64,000 nt of DNA from Takakia lepidozioides. Taxonomy: Eukaryota; Plantae; Bryophyta. Below are positions 13,186-24,977 of the stretch, in pieces. Location: NCBI GenBank assembly GCA_030704615.1, contig CM060734.1, forward strand, positions 14,632,001 through 14,696,000, read 5' to 3'. The notes under the pieces are model-generated. The model saw nothing but the letters and a program-made list of their open reading frames with translations, did not search any database and was not told where the DNA came from. The translations under genes and the position numbers were made by a program. Within the stretch, counting starts at the first letter, position 1. Each line of letters starts with the position of its first letter.

Positions 13186-14238
13186 CGCCGCAACAGCTCG
13201 TTGCCTCGGGGTGGTATAGTATAAGGCCGAGATGCGGCGCCTCCGTCTCCTCTTCGCAACGGGAGTCTCCAGGGTGTAGAGACTAGAGACGTGTTAAGTG
13301 CTTGTGTAGTTTGTGTGTGTTTGTTTGGGGGAGTGGCAAGGGATAATGTGCAAGTATACTAGACTACGTTAGTGTAGTAATGATACGGGGTTAGTCATGT
13401 AGTAATGGCAACAAGTTTAACTGAAAAGAAACAGTTTATTAACAAAAAAGTAGAGGTTGTTTCATTGAATAGAGCATGGCTTGTTGGTAAGGTTGTGGTG
13501 TATTTTCCACTAGGTTGCGGGTTCAAACCTGCCCCCGCCAAGGAGAGCGGGGGGAAAGGGGGGCTAAGGCCTTAAAAAGGCCAAATTGGCCAAATCTGAA
13601 ATGTGAACATTTTTTATACACTCTGGCGTTAGTGTTTTTGGACTACATGGGTTACACGTGGATCCTCAGAAGATGGTTGTACGATTGACATGTTACTTTG
13701 TGGCGGCGCCTTCATAATACAATATAAAGTAAGTGATAAAGTAACTAAATATTTTGTTATGGGTGTCTTAATCAATTTATTGGTTTTAGAGCGAATTGTC
13801 GCCACAAATACTTGTACTCATTACTCATACATGAGTAATCAAAGAACAAATCAACATACATGTCATGGGATTTGATTGTAAATAAATTGTGCCGTCTAGT
13901 GTGTCAGTTCATAGTTGGACGATTAATCAACGATTGGTTGTAAAATAAATGGAAACATGCAGAGCATTTATGTTTCATATGCTCATAAGAAGAAGGCAGT
14001 ACATTGGATTCTAAGATCTCAACAACGGCGCCGTCGTCTTAAAAATAGGGGATAGTCCATTTAGTTGTTTCTGTCAGAGAATAATATGGATGGAGCACAT
14101 GCCTCAAAAAATTTGGACCTTCTGGATTGATGATACACATAAGTAATGTAAGCCATTTAATGTATTTGCATAAGGTCTTGCAAGATGTGCGCTTTCATTC
14201 ATTTTGCATCTTCTCTCAAACTTTGAGGGCATTGCCAA

Positions 14239-17200
14239 ATGTCTACACCAAAATATGCAGTGCTTTCATGTCCACCTGATGCAAAAGTGGTTCGTTATCC
14301 TTGCAATGGAAACAAGTGCATTATCCCAGAACCTTGGTTATGCAATAGATTCAAACTTGTTCCGGGTTCAGTTTTTTTGGAGGATGATGGAGATGATGAT
14401 GCCTCCACAGTGTTGCTTCCAGTTTTCAATGACGGCCAAAAGCAATGGGAGTTGTTTCCAGACACTTTCTCCAAGTACCGTGTCACAGGTACGAGCTATA
14501 CACAGTCACATGATGAGAGGCACACTTCTATTGCAAGAAAGAACGATCAAGCTGCGACAAATGGGAGTTGTAAATTGAAGGAGGAGGTTGCAGATTCGGC
14601 GAGCTTGGGGTCTCATAATTCGGATTGTGTTGAGGTTTCTAAGAGTGTATTTTGTGGATCTCAACCTTCCTCATCTGCTCATACGGTCTTGCTTCACGAC
14701 ATGAAGCCTCGGAAAACTCCATTGGACAACACCACGTCTGATTGTTGCGAATCTGCGAGGGGTTTATCTTCATCTCCACGACTAGCAGGGGAGGCTACAT
14801 CTGCATTTCCTTCTGGTGTGTTGTCCATTTTGAGTATCTTGGCCATTGCTCGGAGGAATGGATCAAAAGGAGAGCTTTCTAACTTGGACTATAGTCACAT
14901 TCCAGTGCATCGTGTTCGGTGTCTTCCTCGAGCTTTTGATGGAAAAGTGATCCACGAACTCCCCCCCGTGGTCAAACTACGTACGGACCGTGGTTCACAG
15001 TCCCTCCAAGGCATGGACCGCAAGTTTGATGGTCATCCTTGGTGCAAGACCAATACCTACAATATGTCTGGTGTTCCAGATCATGTGAAATGTAGTAAGG
15101 TTCTTTGTGTTGGAAAGCTCATATGTCAAAGCAGCACTTGCCCCTTCTTCAAGAAAGAAGGAGAACGGAATGACCGCTATTGGGAAGGCAATGCAGACAA
15201 GGTGTTCATTGCAGGAGCCCAAGTTCCATTCAACCAGTTCAAGTGTAGTTTCTGCAAAGAAAGACCTTTCTGTGAGGCGCATTGTGGGGCAAGAATGTAC
15301 TATGTCACAAGTTCCCTTCCAACATATACACGTGTTGCAGTTCACGTTGGGTTTCATAACCATCCATGTGCCAAGGGCGAGAATAGAGAGGCTGCGGAAA
15401 ATGCATCAAGCATGATTCAAGAGCACGTTAAGATGAAGCCATGGTCGACCCCGGGAGCTATTTCCTTGTCAATGGCCCAAAAGCTCTTGATTGATCGAGT
15501 TCTTGTGGCTGATGGCACAGAGACAGTACGTCTTGAGGGAGAGGCTTTGGAAGATATTCTTGAAGAGTTTGCCCATGTTTGTAGCCCCAATGTGAAAAAC
15601 AAGGTCGCATCTGCACGTGTCAATTCCATCATGTCCATATTGGAGTTGAAGCGTCTGAGTACATACCATTTCATTCACAGCAATCTCCTTCCAGGCCAGC
15701 ATACTTCTCATCTCCCCATGTTTTCAAGATGTCTGTTGCTGGTCCCGGGAGTGGTGTTGATCTGTGCGTCGCATGAGTGAGGGGGATCTACGCACAAGTT
15801 GGGTAGTATTTGACCATGTCAAACGCATCAAGGATTGGACAACTCTTGCGTGTCATGTCTATGAACCATATGTCAAGCGAATGATGACCATTGCCATTTG
15901 CGATATGAAAACAGAGGATGCAGATGCTCAGGTGTTATTCTGGGAGATGATCAATGAACAAGCAAAACTTGCTGGCTTGAACAAACCAAATTTTGCTGGC
16001 TTCATGGCGGATGCAGCAGGAGCGAATTGGGCTGCTGTTCGAAGGGTTTATGGATCTGATCCCAATGTCCCAATGGAAGGTAAAGAAAGAACATGTTTAT
16101 ATCATTGGGCTGAAAGCCTCCGAAGACACACCAACGACTATATCTTGGAGGACTTCCGTGAAAGGCACACTCAGCTCTGTTATGAATGGAAAGATAGTGC
16201 TACCTTGGAGGATGCTACAACCACATACATTGCAATTCGGGCTTGGTGGCTCTCTTCAGGAGCATGCACAGAAAAGAGTCTGCCAAAACTAGATTCATGG
16301 CTTGCATGGTGGCACTACAGATATCGAATGTGGGGCCAATGGATGAGAGAGGACATGGATGTGGAGGCAGATGCAGATATGCCTACCACTAATTGTCTGA
16401 GGCAGTCCATTCTGCTTGGTGGAAGACAGCAGGCAATGGGAAAAAAATGAAGGTGGATCTATATGAGGCCACCATGCATGACATGTCACGAGCTCTTTTG
16501 CAGCAGGCAACATTTTACAGGCACACCACAGGAAGACATGGGGGACGGGGGCCGACAAAGAGGAGCTCATGTTGCGTCAAGCAGCTAGATCTAATAGCCC
16601 AGCAAAAATGGGTAAGGTTGTACGTGGCATAGTAGCTGAAACACACCATGCACACAAGGGGGTTCAATTGGAGGGAGACAATCGCACTATTCCAGTCAAA
16701 CGCAAGTTAGGCGATGAGCATGGTGGGCCAAACGAATCTTGGAGGTGTGATATGAATGTAAAGACTGTTCCAGTGCGCGCCACTAGGATGCCCAGTCCAC
16801 ACCAGCCATCTAGGTTTGTCAGCTCCAAATCAAGTCATGACATTCCTGGTTCTTCGACTTTCTATGAGACAAATCCACATGTTGCTATCCCTCATCAGCC
16901 AATGCAATGGGGAAATCCAGTGAGAGAGACACAAGACTTTTCCGATGCATTGTTCAGGATTCAGCGGACAGGTCCTGCTTCCATGGTTCGTTGTTCTGCC
17001 TTGGTTGGAGTTTCCAAAGATAAATGCAAAGCGCTCATCAGAAAAAGGTAAAGGAAGTCCTGCACCTTGCTTCACTGGCAAGTTACTAGCACCGAACATG
17101 AAAGAACCAAAACTGCAAGTTTTTTGGTTCTGCCCCACAGATGTTTTGTCGTGTGTTGGAGGGACCGTGCCATCCTATTGCTTGGGAAAACCAGGTATAC

Positions 17201-17778
17201 CTAACGTGTGGCCTGTGAAGGTTGGAACCAACCTTACACAAGAAGAGGTGGACAACTTGACCCTTGCAGGTTTTTGACTAGTCCATCCTCCCAACGTTCC
17301 TGATCCGAACTTTCCTGTGGGACCACTTCCAGTGGAACAACATATTCATCAAGGTGTTGTCCTTCCTGTGGGTAAGTATCCCAATACACGCTATGGGGTG
17401 CGCATTCGGCGTCGAGATCCGACTCCTCGACACTTGAGTCGCCAAGAGTCAGCGGAGACTCTTATTGCTGAGGTTCGTGGATTCAGAAACGTGCCTCAGC
17501 CAGGTTATGGGAGAATTTACCAGCTACAAACAGAGGGATCTACTAGAGCAGGATTGGTTTACAATGTATACATTGGTCAGTTTCCATCTTGTGATTGTCC
17601 CGACTTTGATGAGTTATCTGTCAAAAAGAAAAAACAAACATATCTACCTTGTAAGCACATGTACTTCATGTACAACGTGCATCTAGGATGCGCCGGGGCT
17701 TATGAAATCCACCAACCTTCCCTTAGCCAGTTAGAGGTTAGGGCTATGCTAAAGAAGGACCCTAGTTCAACTTCTTAG
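14239..17778 (+). CDS. Family A MULE-type transposase (GCM-like domain, DDE core, SWIM); frameshifted, with one in-frame stop at ~17275
   Basis: Consecutive ORFs 14239-15780, 15764-16450, 16393-16632, 16569-17051, 16945-17277 and 17317-17778. Motifs WVVFDHVK (D), FMADAA (D), CLYH (CxxH), TTN-LSEAVH (E), SWIM CDCPDF...PCKH. Confidence 0.85.
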
Positions 17779-18006
17779 TGACACATGAAATGCACAAAAA
17801 AAGAACCTCCAACTTGTGCCGTTCATTTTCATGCATGTGACATGTAATTATCTTGTTACTACTTTATTCCAAACATGACACATAGCATTTGTTAGTACAG
17901 AAGTTCCTATTTTGGTTAAAATGGAACTTGTGTACCTGTCATACAAGTTTTCAAATTATAGAACTGCTTGGCATTACAAACAGACATGCAATGTGGTGGT
18001 TCCAAA

Positions 18007-18080
18007 GAGGTTTACTATTTCATGAGCAGAAACCATGAGCCATGAGCCATGAGCCGCATGAGCCGCATGAGCGGTGAGCC
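18007..18080. repeat. B1 left terminus: ~21-bp imperfect TIR plus subterminal CATGAGC repeats
   Basis: gaggtttactatttcatgagcagaaaccatgagccatgagccatgagccgcatgagccgcatgagcggtgagcc. Confidence 0.85.
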
Positions 18081-18857
18081 GAAGTCTAAGATACGCGGAT
18101 TTCATGAGCGGACTCCTCCAAATTGGGAAATGCGGCAGATTAAACAAGTATTAAAATAATAGTTTTTTATTTGACCTTGCCGTTTTTGGACGTTCCAGAT
18201 CATGTAATGCGGCGAAGATATGTCGTCAGTAACAAGTCCGCTCATGGTTTTATAGATCCGCTCATGGAAATAAGTGACCGTGCAACGGGAAATCCAGTAT
18301 ACCACTGCAAAAGGACGTCGCATACTGGCCTGTATAGAGTATTCCGCGGTTTTACATGCCTTAACATTGGAATGAAGCTGACCCTTTTGCCGCGATTGAA
18401 CCAATGGAGTCTGCACCAATACAGTCTGCAGTACTTCACAATTCTGTCTTCTTCGGGTATTCGGCGGGAAAGGTTTGCAACTGAACTGGGAAATAGGGTG
18501 CCGCATTAGGGTTCGCACGTGCGAAATTTCGGAGCGGTTTGGTGTTGGCGAAGGCCGCCTCTGGGGGTACCTACGACGATACTTGGAAATTCGGCGCCGC
18601 ATTTCCTTGTCGGAGGTCGAATGAGGAGAGCAAGTTTTCGGAAAGCAGAAAAACATGAACCCTCCAACATACAAAAATACATGCACGTGGAAACAAGTGA
18701 ACGATATAGTAATATCTTAGTTCGATCAAAACAGGTTACTGGTAGGCAAGACATATGTCGGACCTTTGTGTGGCCAGAGTCTGAGGTACTGGCAGCAGTA
18801 CAGTTCTACTATCCGAAAAGGATGGGCGTACCATTGTATGTGGACCGCAAGCCAAGC

Positions 18858-21800
18858 TCACTGGTCCCCTGGATCCATATTCAGAAGAGTGTGAACCTCC
18901 TGGGGGCTCAACCCTGGTGCATGTATGAAGTGATGAGTTGTGGAATTACAACGGAGTCTCTTTAGGTACACGTAGTACAAATGCTTGCAAGGGCAGTATG
19001 ATGCCCCCTTGTTCGCCATGATCTGGAAGTCGGTGCAATTGCAGGTGGGTAATTCTGAAATGGTGATGGTGTACACCTCATTGCGAACAGCTGAGCCCGC
19101 CGTGGCCATCTGATACACACGCCCGAATCCTGGTGGGGGCACTTCTGTCGAGCTCTGGATTGTACAGTTCATCCGAAGTGCATTCCCCATCCTTGTCTCG
19201 TTCACTTTTGAGGGAGGTCGCCGCCTCTTCGGTTTCCCCCAACGGTGTGTAGGATGCTTAGAGCTGTCGTGTCCCATTGTTCTTGCTCTCACAGGGGTCG
19301 GTGGTGGAGGCTGTGGAAGCGGAAATGGTTGTCTGGGGACGTCAGTGCGCTGCACCATCCGAAATCCTGCGGCGGTAAGGGCGTCGGCCTCAACCTGACT
19401 CAGATCGCAGCCTGGTTCCACCGGCCACACCGGGGGAGCCTCTGGCATTGTTGTATGCCGTACTTGGGCTTTCCATACACGCAAGTCATAATGTCGTGCC
19501 TGCAGAACCAGAACTGGGTGGTTGTCGCCTCCGCAAACTTTGCATGGACAAATCTTCCTGTAAAAGTAGGAGCAGGGACAGCCCCATCTGGATTCCTCCT
19601 TATCATCTCTAAACAACGTTGCCGTGTATCCACACGAATTGCGGAACACCTTCCTCGAAACGACGGCTTTGTGCGAGCAATTCTCCACTGTGAGGCAGAC
19701 ACAGTCGTCTCCACAATGGCTTGGCCATACTGCATAACAGCGGGCGGAATGTGGGGCAAGGGAGCGGTGGGAATTTGTTGCACGAAATCCCCGGTTGAAG
19801 GCGACGGCGATCTGGAATTTCTTGGGCTTCCACTGCTGGAAGACACATTGTGCGGCAACATGACGGGACCTCGAGGTGCTGTCCGAATGTTCCTGTCGGA
19901 TCTCCAGGAATCCTCTTCGCACCCGGGTTCCTCTTCAATCCTCCGCCTGACAGGGCGAGTCCGGACGTCCCCCTCTAGGTGTTCACCTCTGCGGTGCAGA
20001 GGCGTCCCTTTGATCTTCTCTCGCAATGCTGTCGCCCATTTCACTGGATTCTTGGACCTCGAAGCTGTTCGTACCAACAATTCCTCCCTGTCCGGCCCAA
20101 AGCCCCATTGTTTGCCGCTCAGGAACTTGTAGTACGTGGCTTGCTGCATGATTGCTCTGTCGATGTCCTCCGTTGTGGCCGTCACTACGTCCACCAGATG
20201 TGCGGCAGAAGACGCTCGCCAGGAGGAGTGGACCGATTCTGCCATATTCGTGTTCGGCATGTCCGTGTCGGAATCCAAGCACCGCTCCTAGAAGGACACA
20301 AACAACGGTGAGGGACCAATCGAAATGTCCGTAACAGAAAGACAAATGAACGAAAATTGACAGCAGCCTACCTCCCGCATGTACTGTCCGAACTGTCGAT
20401 ACCGAAAATGCCACCACCCCAACCAGCTGTGCAATGCTCCCAGATTGGTTGTCTCCACTGCACCTGACGTGTTCCACCAAGCCTCGATGATAGCAAACTT
20501 AACCTCCGCGTCATCAAATGTGGGTGCATCCTTCCACGCCGTACAAAGGACACGGTGTTCAGCCTGGAATGAGCTAGCAACAAATTTGGTAGTGTAGTGG
20601 GATAGACTCTGCATCCAATGGAATCCACAGGATCTCTCTTTCCCCTCCATTGGAACATTGGGGTCCTCACCGTACACACGCCGCACCGCTGCCCAGTTGG
20701 CCTGAGCGTTGTCTGCCATGAATCCCCTGAAATTGGGCTCTGGCAATCCCGCCCTTGCCATCTGCTCGTTTATGCCCTCCCACAGATGCATCTCGGACTG
20801 TGTGTCCTCCCCTTTCATCTCGCAGATTGCAATCGTCATGAGCCTCTTGGAGTGATAGTCATAAACATGCGCACCCATAGTCACCCACTGATGGTTTGTA
20901 ATTCGCTTGATGTGATCAAACATCACCCAAGCATTCGACAAGTTTCCAGTTGTCATGCGAGTGACCAAGTCGACTCCACTCCCAGGCCCACACGTCGACA
21001 TTTTGAAAATGTAACAACGATCGGATTCGCTGCCTTGCCCTGGAAACCTGCTACCTTGGATGTAGTCATATCCAGTCATTCGTTTCACCTCCAGGATTGA
21101 GTACATGTCCGACCCCCTGCCGAACTCCTGCTTGCAAGATACGATGTGATTCCGCACATTCGGACTACAAACGTGCGAGACGGACTCCAAGAGGTCACGC
21201 ATCTCGTCTTCGGTCAAGGGCTCTCGGTCGGAACCATCTTCAGACATGATTTTGCCAAGAGCAATCTTGTGGGCTGCCTTCAGCTGAATCTGCTTTGGTC
21301 TGGCTCCGGGGCTCAATTTCACCTCCTCTTTTATGATGTCGTGTGCTTCCTGCACAGCCTCACGCATGTTGCCTCTCGCCAAGGGGTGGCAGTGGACCCC
21401 AACGTGTATGCAAGCTCTAGTCAAGTCCGGGAGCAAATGGATTACGTAATATTGCTTGGCTCTGCACATGGACATGCACGTCGGTGGTTCTTTGCAATGT
21501 GCACACTTGAAAGAACCCGCAGGAGCTTGGCTGGAGACAATGAATGGATGATGCGTTGTGCCAGTCCAATCCGTCTCGTTTCTCCGCCCTCCTTTGGAGA
21601 GAAAGTGGAAGCAGGTGGGATTGAGGCACCTCAGCTTCCCCGCACAGAGGACATATCGTACACGAACACCATCAGCAATTTTCGTGCTACTGGTCTTCGT
21701 CACACACCAGGGGTGTCCGTCATGCTTTCGATCCATGTCTGTTAACATCCCGGAGGCTTTCTTTGACGAAGAAACAGGTGGAAACTCGAAGATGACATTG

Positions 21801-22464
21801 CCATCGACTTCGGGAGGCAGAAAAGTTACCTTTCTGACTGGGAATTTGGCATAGTCGAGAGCAGCCAGCTCGGAGCGAGAACCATCGAGGTGATGTTGTC
21901 GTAGGAGCTGCACAATGGACCGGGTTGGAGTTATGCTCGAGGGCACATGCGTAGCACCTACAGAGACGTCCATGCCGGATTTGAACGACCGTGTGGAGGA
22001 CATGGGTACCTCAATGCAATCATCTTCCTCGTCGGAAATGTCGAATACGTCCACACGAGAAGCTATGGAGGGTCTTGACGGTCCAGGTCGGGAATGATTA
22101 TCGTTGCATACCTCTCTGTTGGCAGTGGCCGCCTCTCGGTTTCCGGACTCCTTTGTGGATGGTGTGGGCAGCGACTGATTCGGAAAGGGAATGGGCATTC
22201 CCACAGCTCGGTACAGGATGGTGTCTGACGGGGAACGTGCCATTCGATTCCGCAACCTCCGTCGTTACCTAGCACGACAATGGTCTCGTCAACCTGTCCA
22301 GGAACATCCTTCCTTTCTTCTTCCAAATAAACTGTGCCCGGTTTGAGCTTGAATTTGGAACAAAGGTAAGTTTCAGTCACTCTGCAAAGTCCTCCCTCGT
22401 TTGGGATCCAGGCTCTCCCAAGTTGCGGAGGACAGCAAACTATAGCGTAGGAATTCGGAGCCAT
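18858..22464 (-). CDS. Family B MULE-type transposase (~1,170 aa), one intron (20371-20288), two apparent frameshifts (~22250, ~19450)
   Basis: The N-terminus MAPNSYAIVCCPP...FKLKPGTVYLE aligns with family A MSTPKYAVLSCPP...FKLVPGSVFLE. Motifs WVMFDHIK, FMADNA, CGFH, NTNMAESVH, SWIM CNCTDF...PCKH. Confidence 0.88.
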
Positions 22465-22893
22465 CGAACACCGCACGGAGTTGGCAAGTGCGAGGTTCAG
22501 TATAGCGACAGACCAAGGCTCACAGGCACCATCTAAGTGGATCTGCGGAGTCCATCGACAATTGGAAGTCGCACATTGAAGTGGAAAGTATTGTTTCAAG
22601 CTACATGCATGAAGGTGGGAGGTTTGATTCCATAGCCAGTGAGTAGGACAATGATGGCCGATTCGGCGACGAAATAACATCTCCTGACAGTTTCTCCTGA
22701 GGGTGGATCCAGCAGTATTCTCGGTGCAGACAGGAACGTTCGCACTGACAAGTGCCAGGACTGCTGGTTAAAACGGTCAGACAACCAAGTTGTGCTCATC
22801 AAGACTGGCCGCAATTGTGTTGTTTCGGAACAATGCAACCCATTGAGGTTCCAGATTTCCCGTCCCGAGTGATTCTGTCGATTGCTGGTGGAC

Positions 22894-24590
22894 GGAAATA
22901 CGGCGCCGCATTTCCGTATTGCATCTTGGTCATGCAACAGAGCGACGGAAATGCGGCACCGAGTTTCCGTCCGGGGGAAACCTTTATACTCTCCAGAACG
23001 GAAATGCGGTAACGCATTTCCATCCAGCAAGCACGGTATGTGAAGGTGGAACGGAAATGCGGTACCGCATTTCCGTTCTGATTGAGATTTATGAACAACG
23101 GGAACAGAAATGCGGCACCGCATTTCCGTCCGAGTCGCACTTTTCGACATTCCAGAACGGGAATGCGGCGCCGCATTTCCATTTTGTATCTGATGCATGG
23201 AGCTGAGGGATAGAAATGCTGCAGCACATTTCCGTCCTTAAAAGACATTCATACTCTCGAGAACGGAAATGCGGTACCGCATTTTCATTCAACAAGCACG
23301 GTATGTGAAGGTGGAACGGAAATGCGGTACCGCATTTCCGTTCTGATTGAGAATTATGAACAACGGGAACAGAAATGCGGCACCGCATTTCCGTCCGAGT
23401 CGCACTTTTCGACATTCCATAAAGGAAATGCGGCGCCGCATTTCCATTTTGTATCTGATGCCTGGAGCCGAGTAAGATTCCGACAGCTTCATACAGCGCA
23501 ATTCCGACCGGTTGAGACATTCACACTATCCAGAACGGAAATGCGGCACCGCATTTCCGTTCTGACTGAAAATCGTGAACTATCTGAACTGAAATGCGGC
23601 ACCGTATTTCCATCCGAGTCGCACCTACCATCATTCCAGAACGGAAATGCGGCACCGCATTTCCGTTCTGACTGAAAATGAACCATCGGAACTGAAATGC
23701 GGCAATTTCCATCCGAGTCGCACCTTACCACATTCCAGAACGGAAAGCGCGCATTTCCTTCCGACTGTCGCATCCTCCCAACTTTCCAGAACGGAATCGT
23801 ATTATTCCAGATGTTTAAAAGGGAAATGCGGCACCGCATTTCCGTTCTGATGAAATATCCTGAAACATCGGAATTGAAATGCGGTACCGCATTTCCGTCG
23901 GAGTCCCACCATCCGACATTCCAAAACGGAAATGCGGCACCGCATTTCCGTTTTGTATGTGAGGCATGGAGCTGTGGAACGAAAATGCGGGAAGGCATTT
24001 CCGCCAGCGTCAGACGTTAATACTCTACAGAACGGAAATGCGGTACCGCATTTCCATTCTGACTGAAAATCGTGCGCAACGGGTACAGAAATGCGGCACC
24101 GCATTTCCGTTCGAGTCGCACCTTCCGACATTCTCGAACGGAAATGCGGCGCCGCATTTCCGTTTTGTATATTCGGCCTGGAGCTGTGCTACGGAAATGT
24201 GTTGCCGCATTTCCATCCATGTGAGACCTTCAACCTTTCCAGACCGGAAATGCGACACCGCATTTCTGTCCAGGTGAGACCTCTATACTTTCCCGAACGG
24301 AAATGTGGCACGGCATTTCCATTCATCAACTAACGTATGTGAAGTGGGAACGGAAATGCGGCGCCGCATTTCCCTTCTGAATCTCATACATGGAGCTGTG
24401 GGACGGAAATGCGGCACCGTATTTCCGTTCAACAACTAAGGTATGTGAAGGTGGAACGGAAATGCGGTGCCGCATTTTCTTCCAACAAGTACGGATGTGT
24501 AGCAGAGTGATGGTACTTAACGGAAATGCGGCGCCGCATTCGCATTCTCGCTCCAACTCATCAGACGCTGGGACGGAAATGCCTTGAAAT
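22894..24590. repeat. Phased array of ~30 22-bp palindromes GGAAATGCGG(YR)CCGCATTTCC with 31-bp variable spacers (53-bp period) between the divergent genes
   Basis: Starts at 22894, 22947, 23000, 23053 ... 23424; 23537, 23590, 23643; 23822, 23875 ... 24458, each run in exact 53-bp steps. Confidence 0.95.
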
Positions 24591-24977
24591 GTGAACACGT
24601 GGAGCAACGGAATTGCTGCACATGTCGGCACTCTATCTGACTGAAGGGGCATGAGGCGGCGCGGCCTGACCGTTGGATAATGATGTTTGATTTTCGGACG
24701 GCAGGCGTACCCTCAACGATTCGAATTTCGTAATGACGCAAACTCCACGAGGAGACACTTTCGTCCAACCTTTCGAACCCAAGTGGTGCATCACCGCCGT
24801 TTCATCTACTTTTGTCGTGTCTCCTCAGTCACCCCTCTCGCGCCCTTTCCATCTGCACTCTTTGCCCCTTTTCCCTCTCTCTGTTCTTCTTATGCTCGAA
24901 CCTGAGAGGGGGGAGTTCGTGCACCAGACAGGAGACCTCGTCGCAAGCTCCGGAAATTATACTTCGGACGTAGGCCA

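Larger units (their letters stand above)
6627..18006. mobile_element. Family A MULE-like transposon, copy A1 (transposase-side end missing, replaced by B1)
   Basis: Integrase homology stops at 6626 and GAGGTAGCCTATAC begins, the same GAGG start as the family B terminus (boundary inferred); contains divergent ParB-MTase and transposase genes; nearly identical to 54345-64000. Confidence 0.75.

Noticed and set aside
13470-13540. Functional tRNA gene
   Set aside because: Box-like motifs only; acceptor and anticodon stems do not pair convincingly
22894-24590. True CRISPR array
   Set aside because: No cas genes, eukaryotic transposon context, spacers recur in a few related types with higher-order duplication, and the same repeat occurs singly in introns
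22596-24768. Many overlapping ORFs with KCGTAFP / EMRHRIS / GNAAPHF repeats (also 30327-31164, 36094-37203, 42639-44600)
   Set aside because: By-products of a stop-free palindrome read in six frames; no consistent frame between copies
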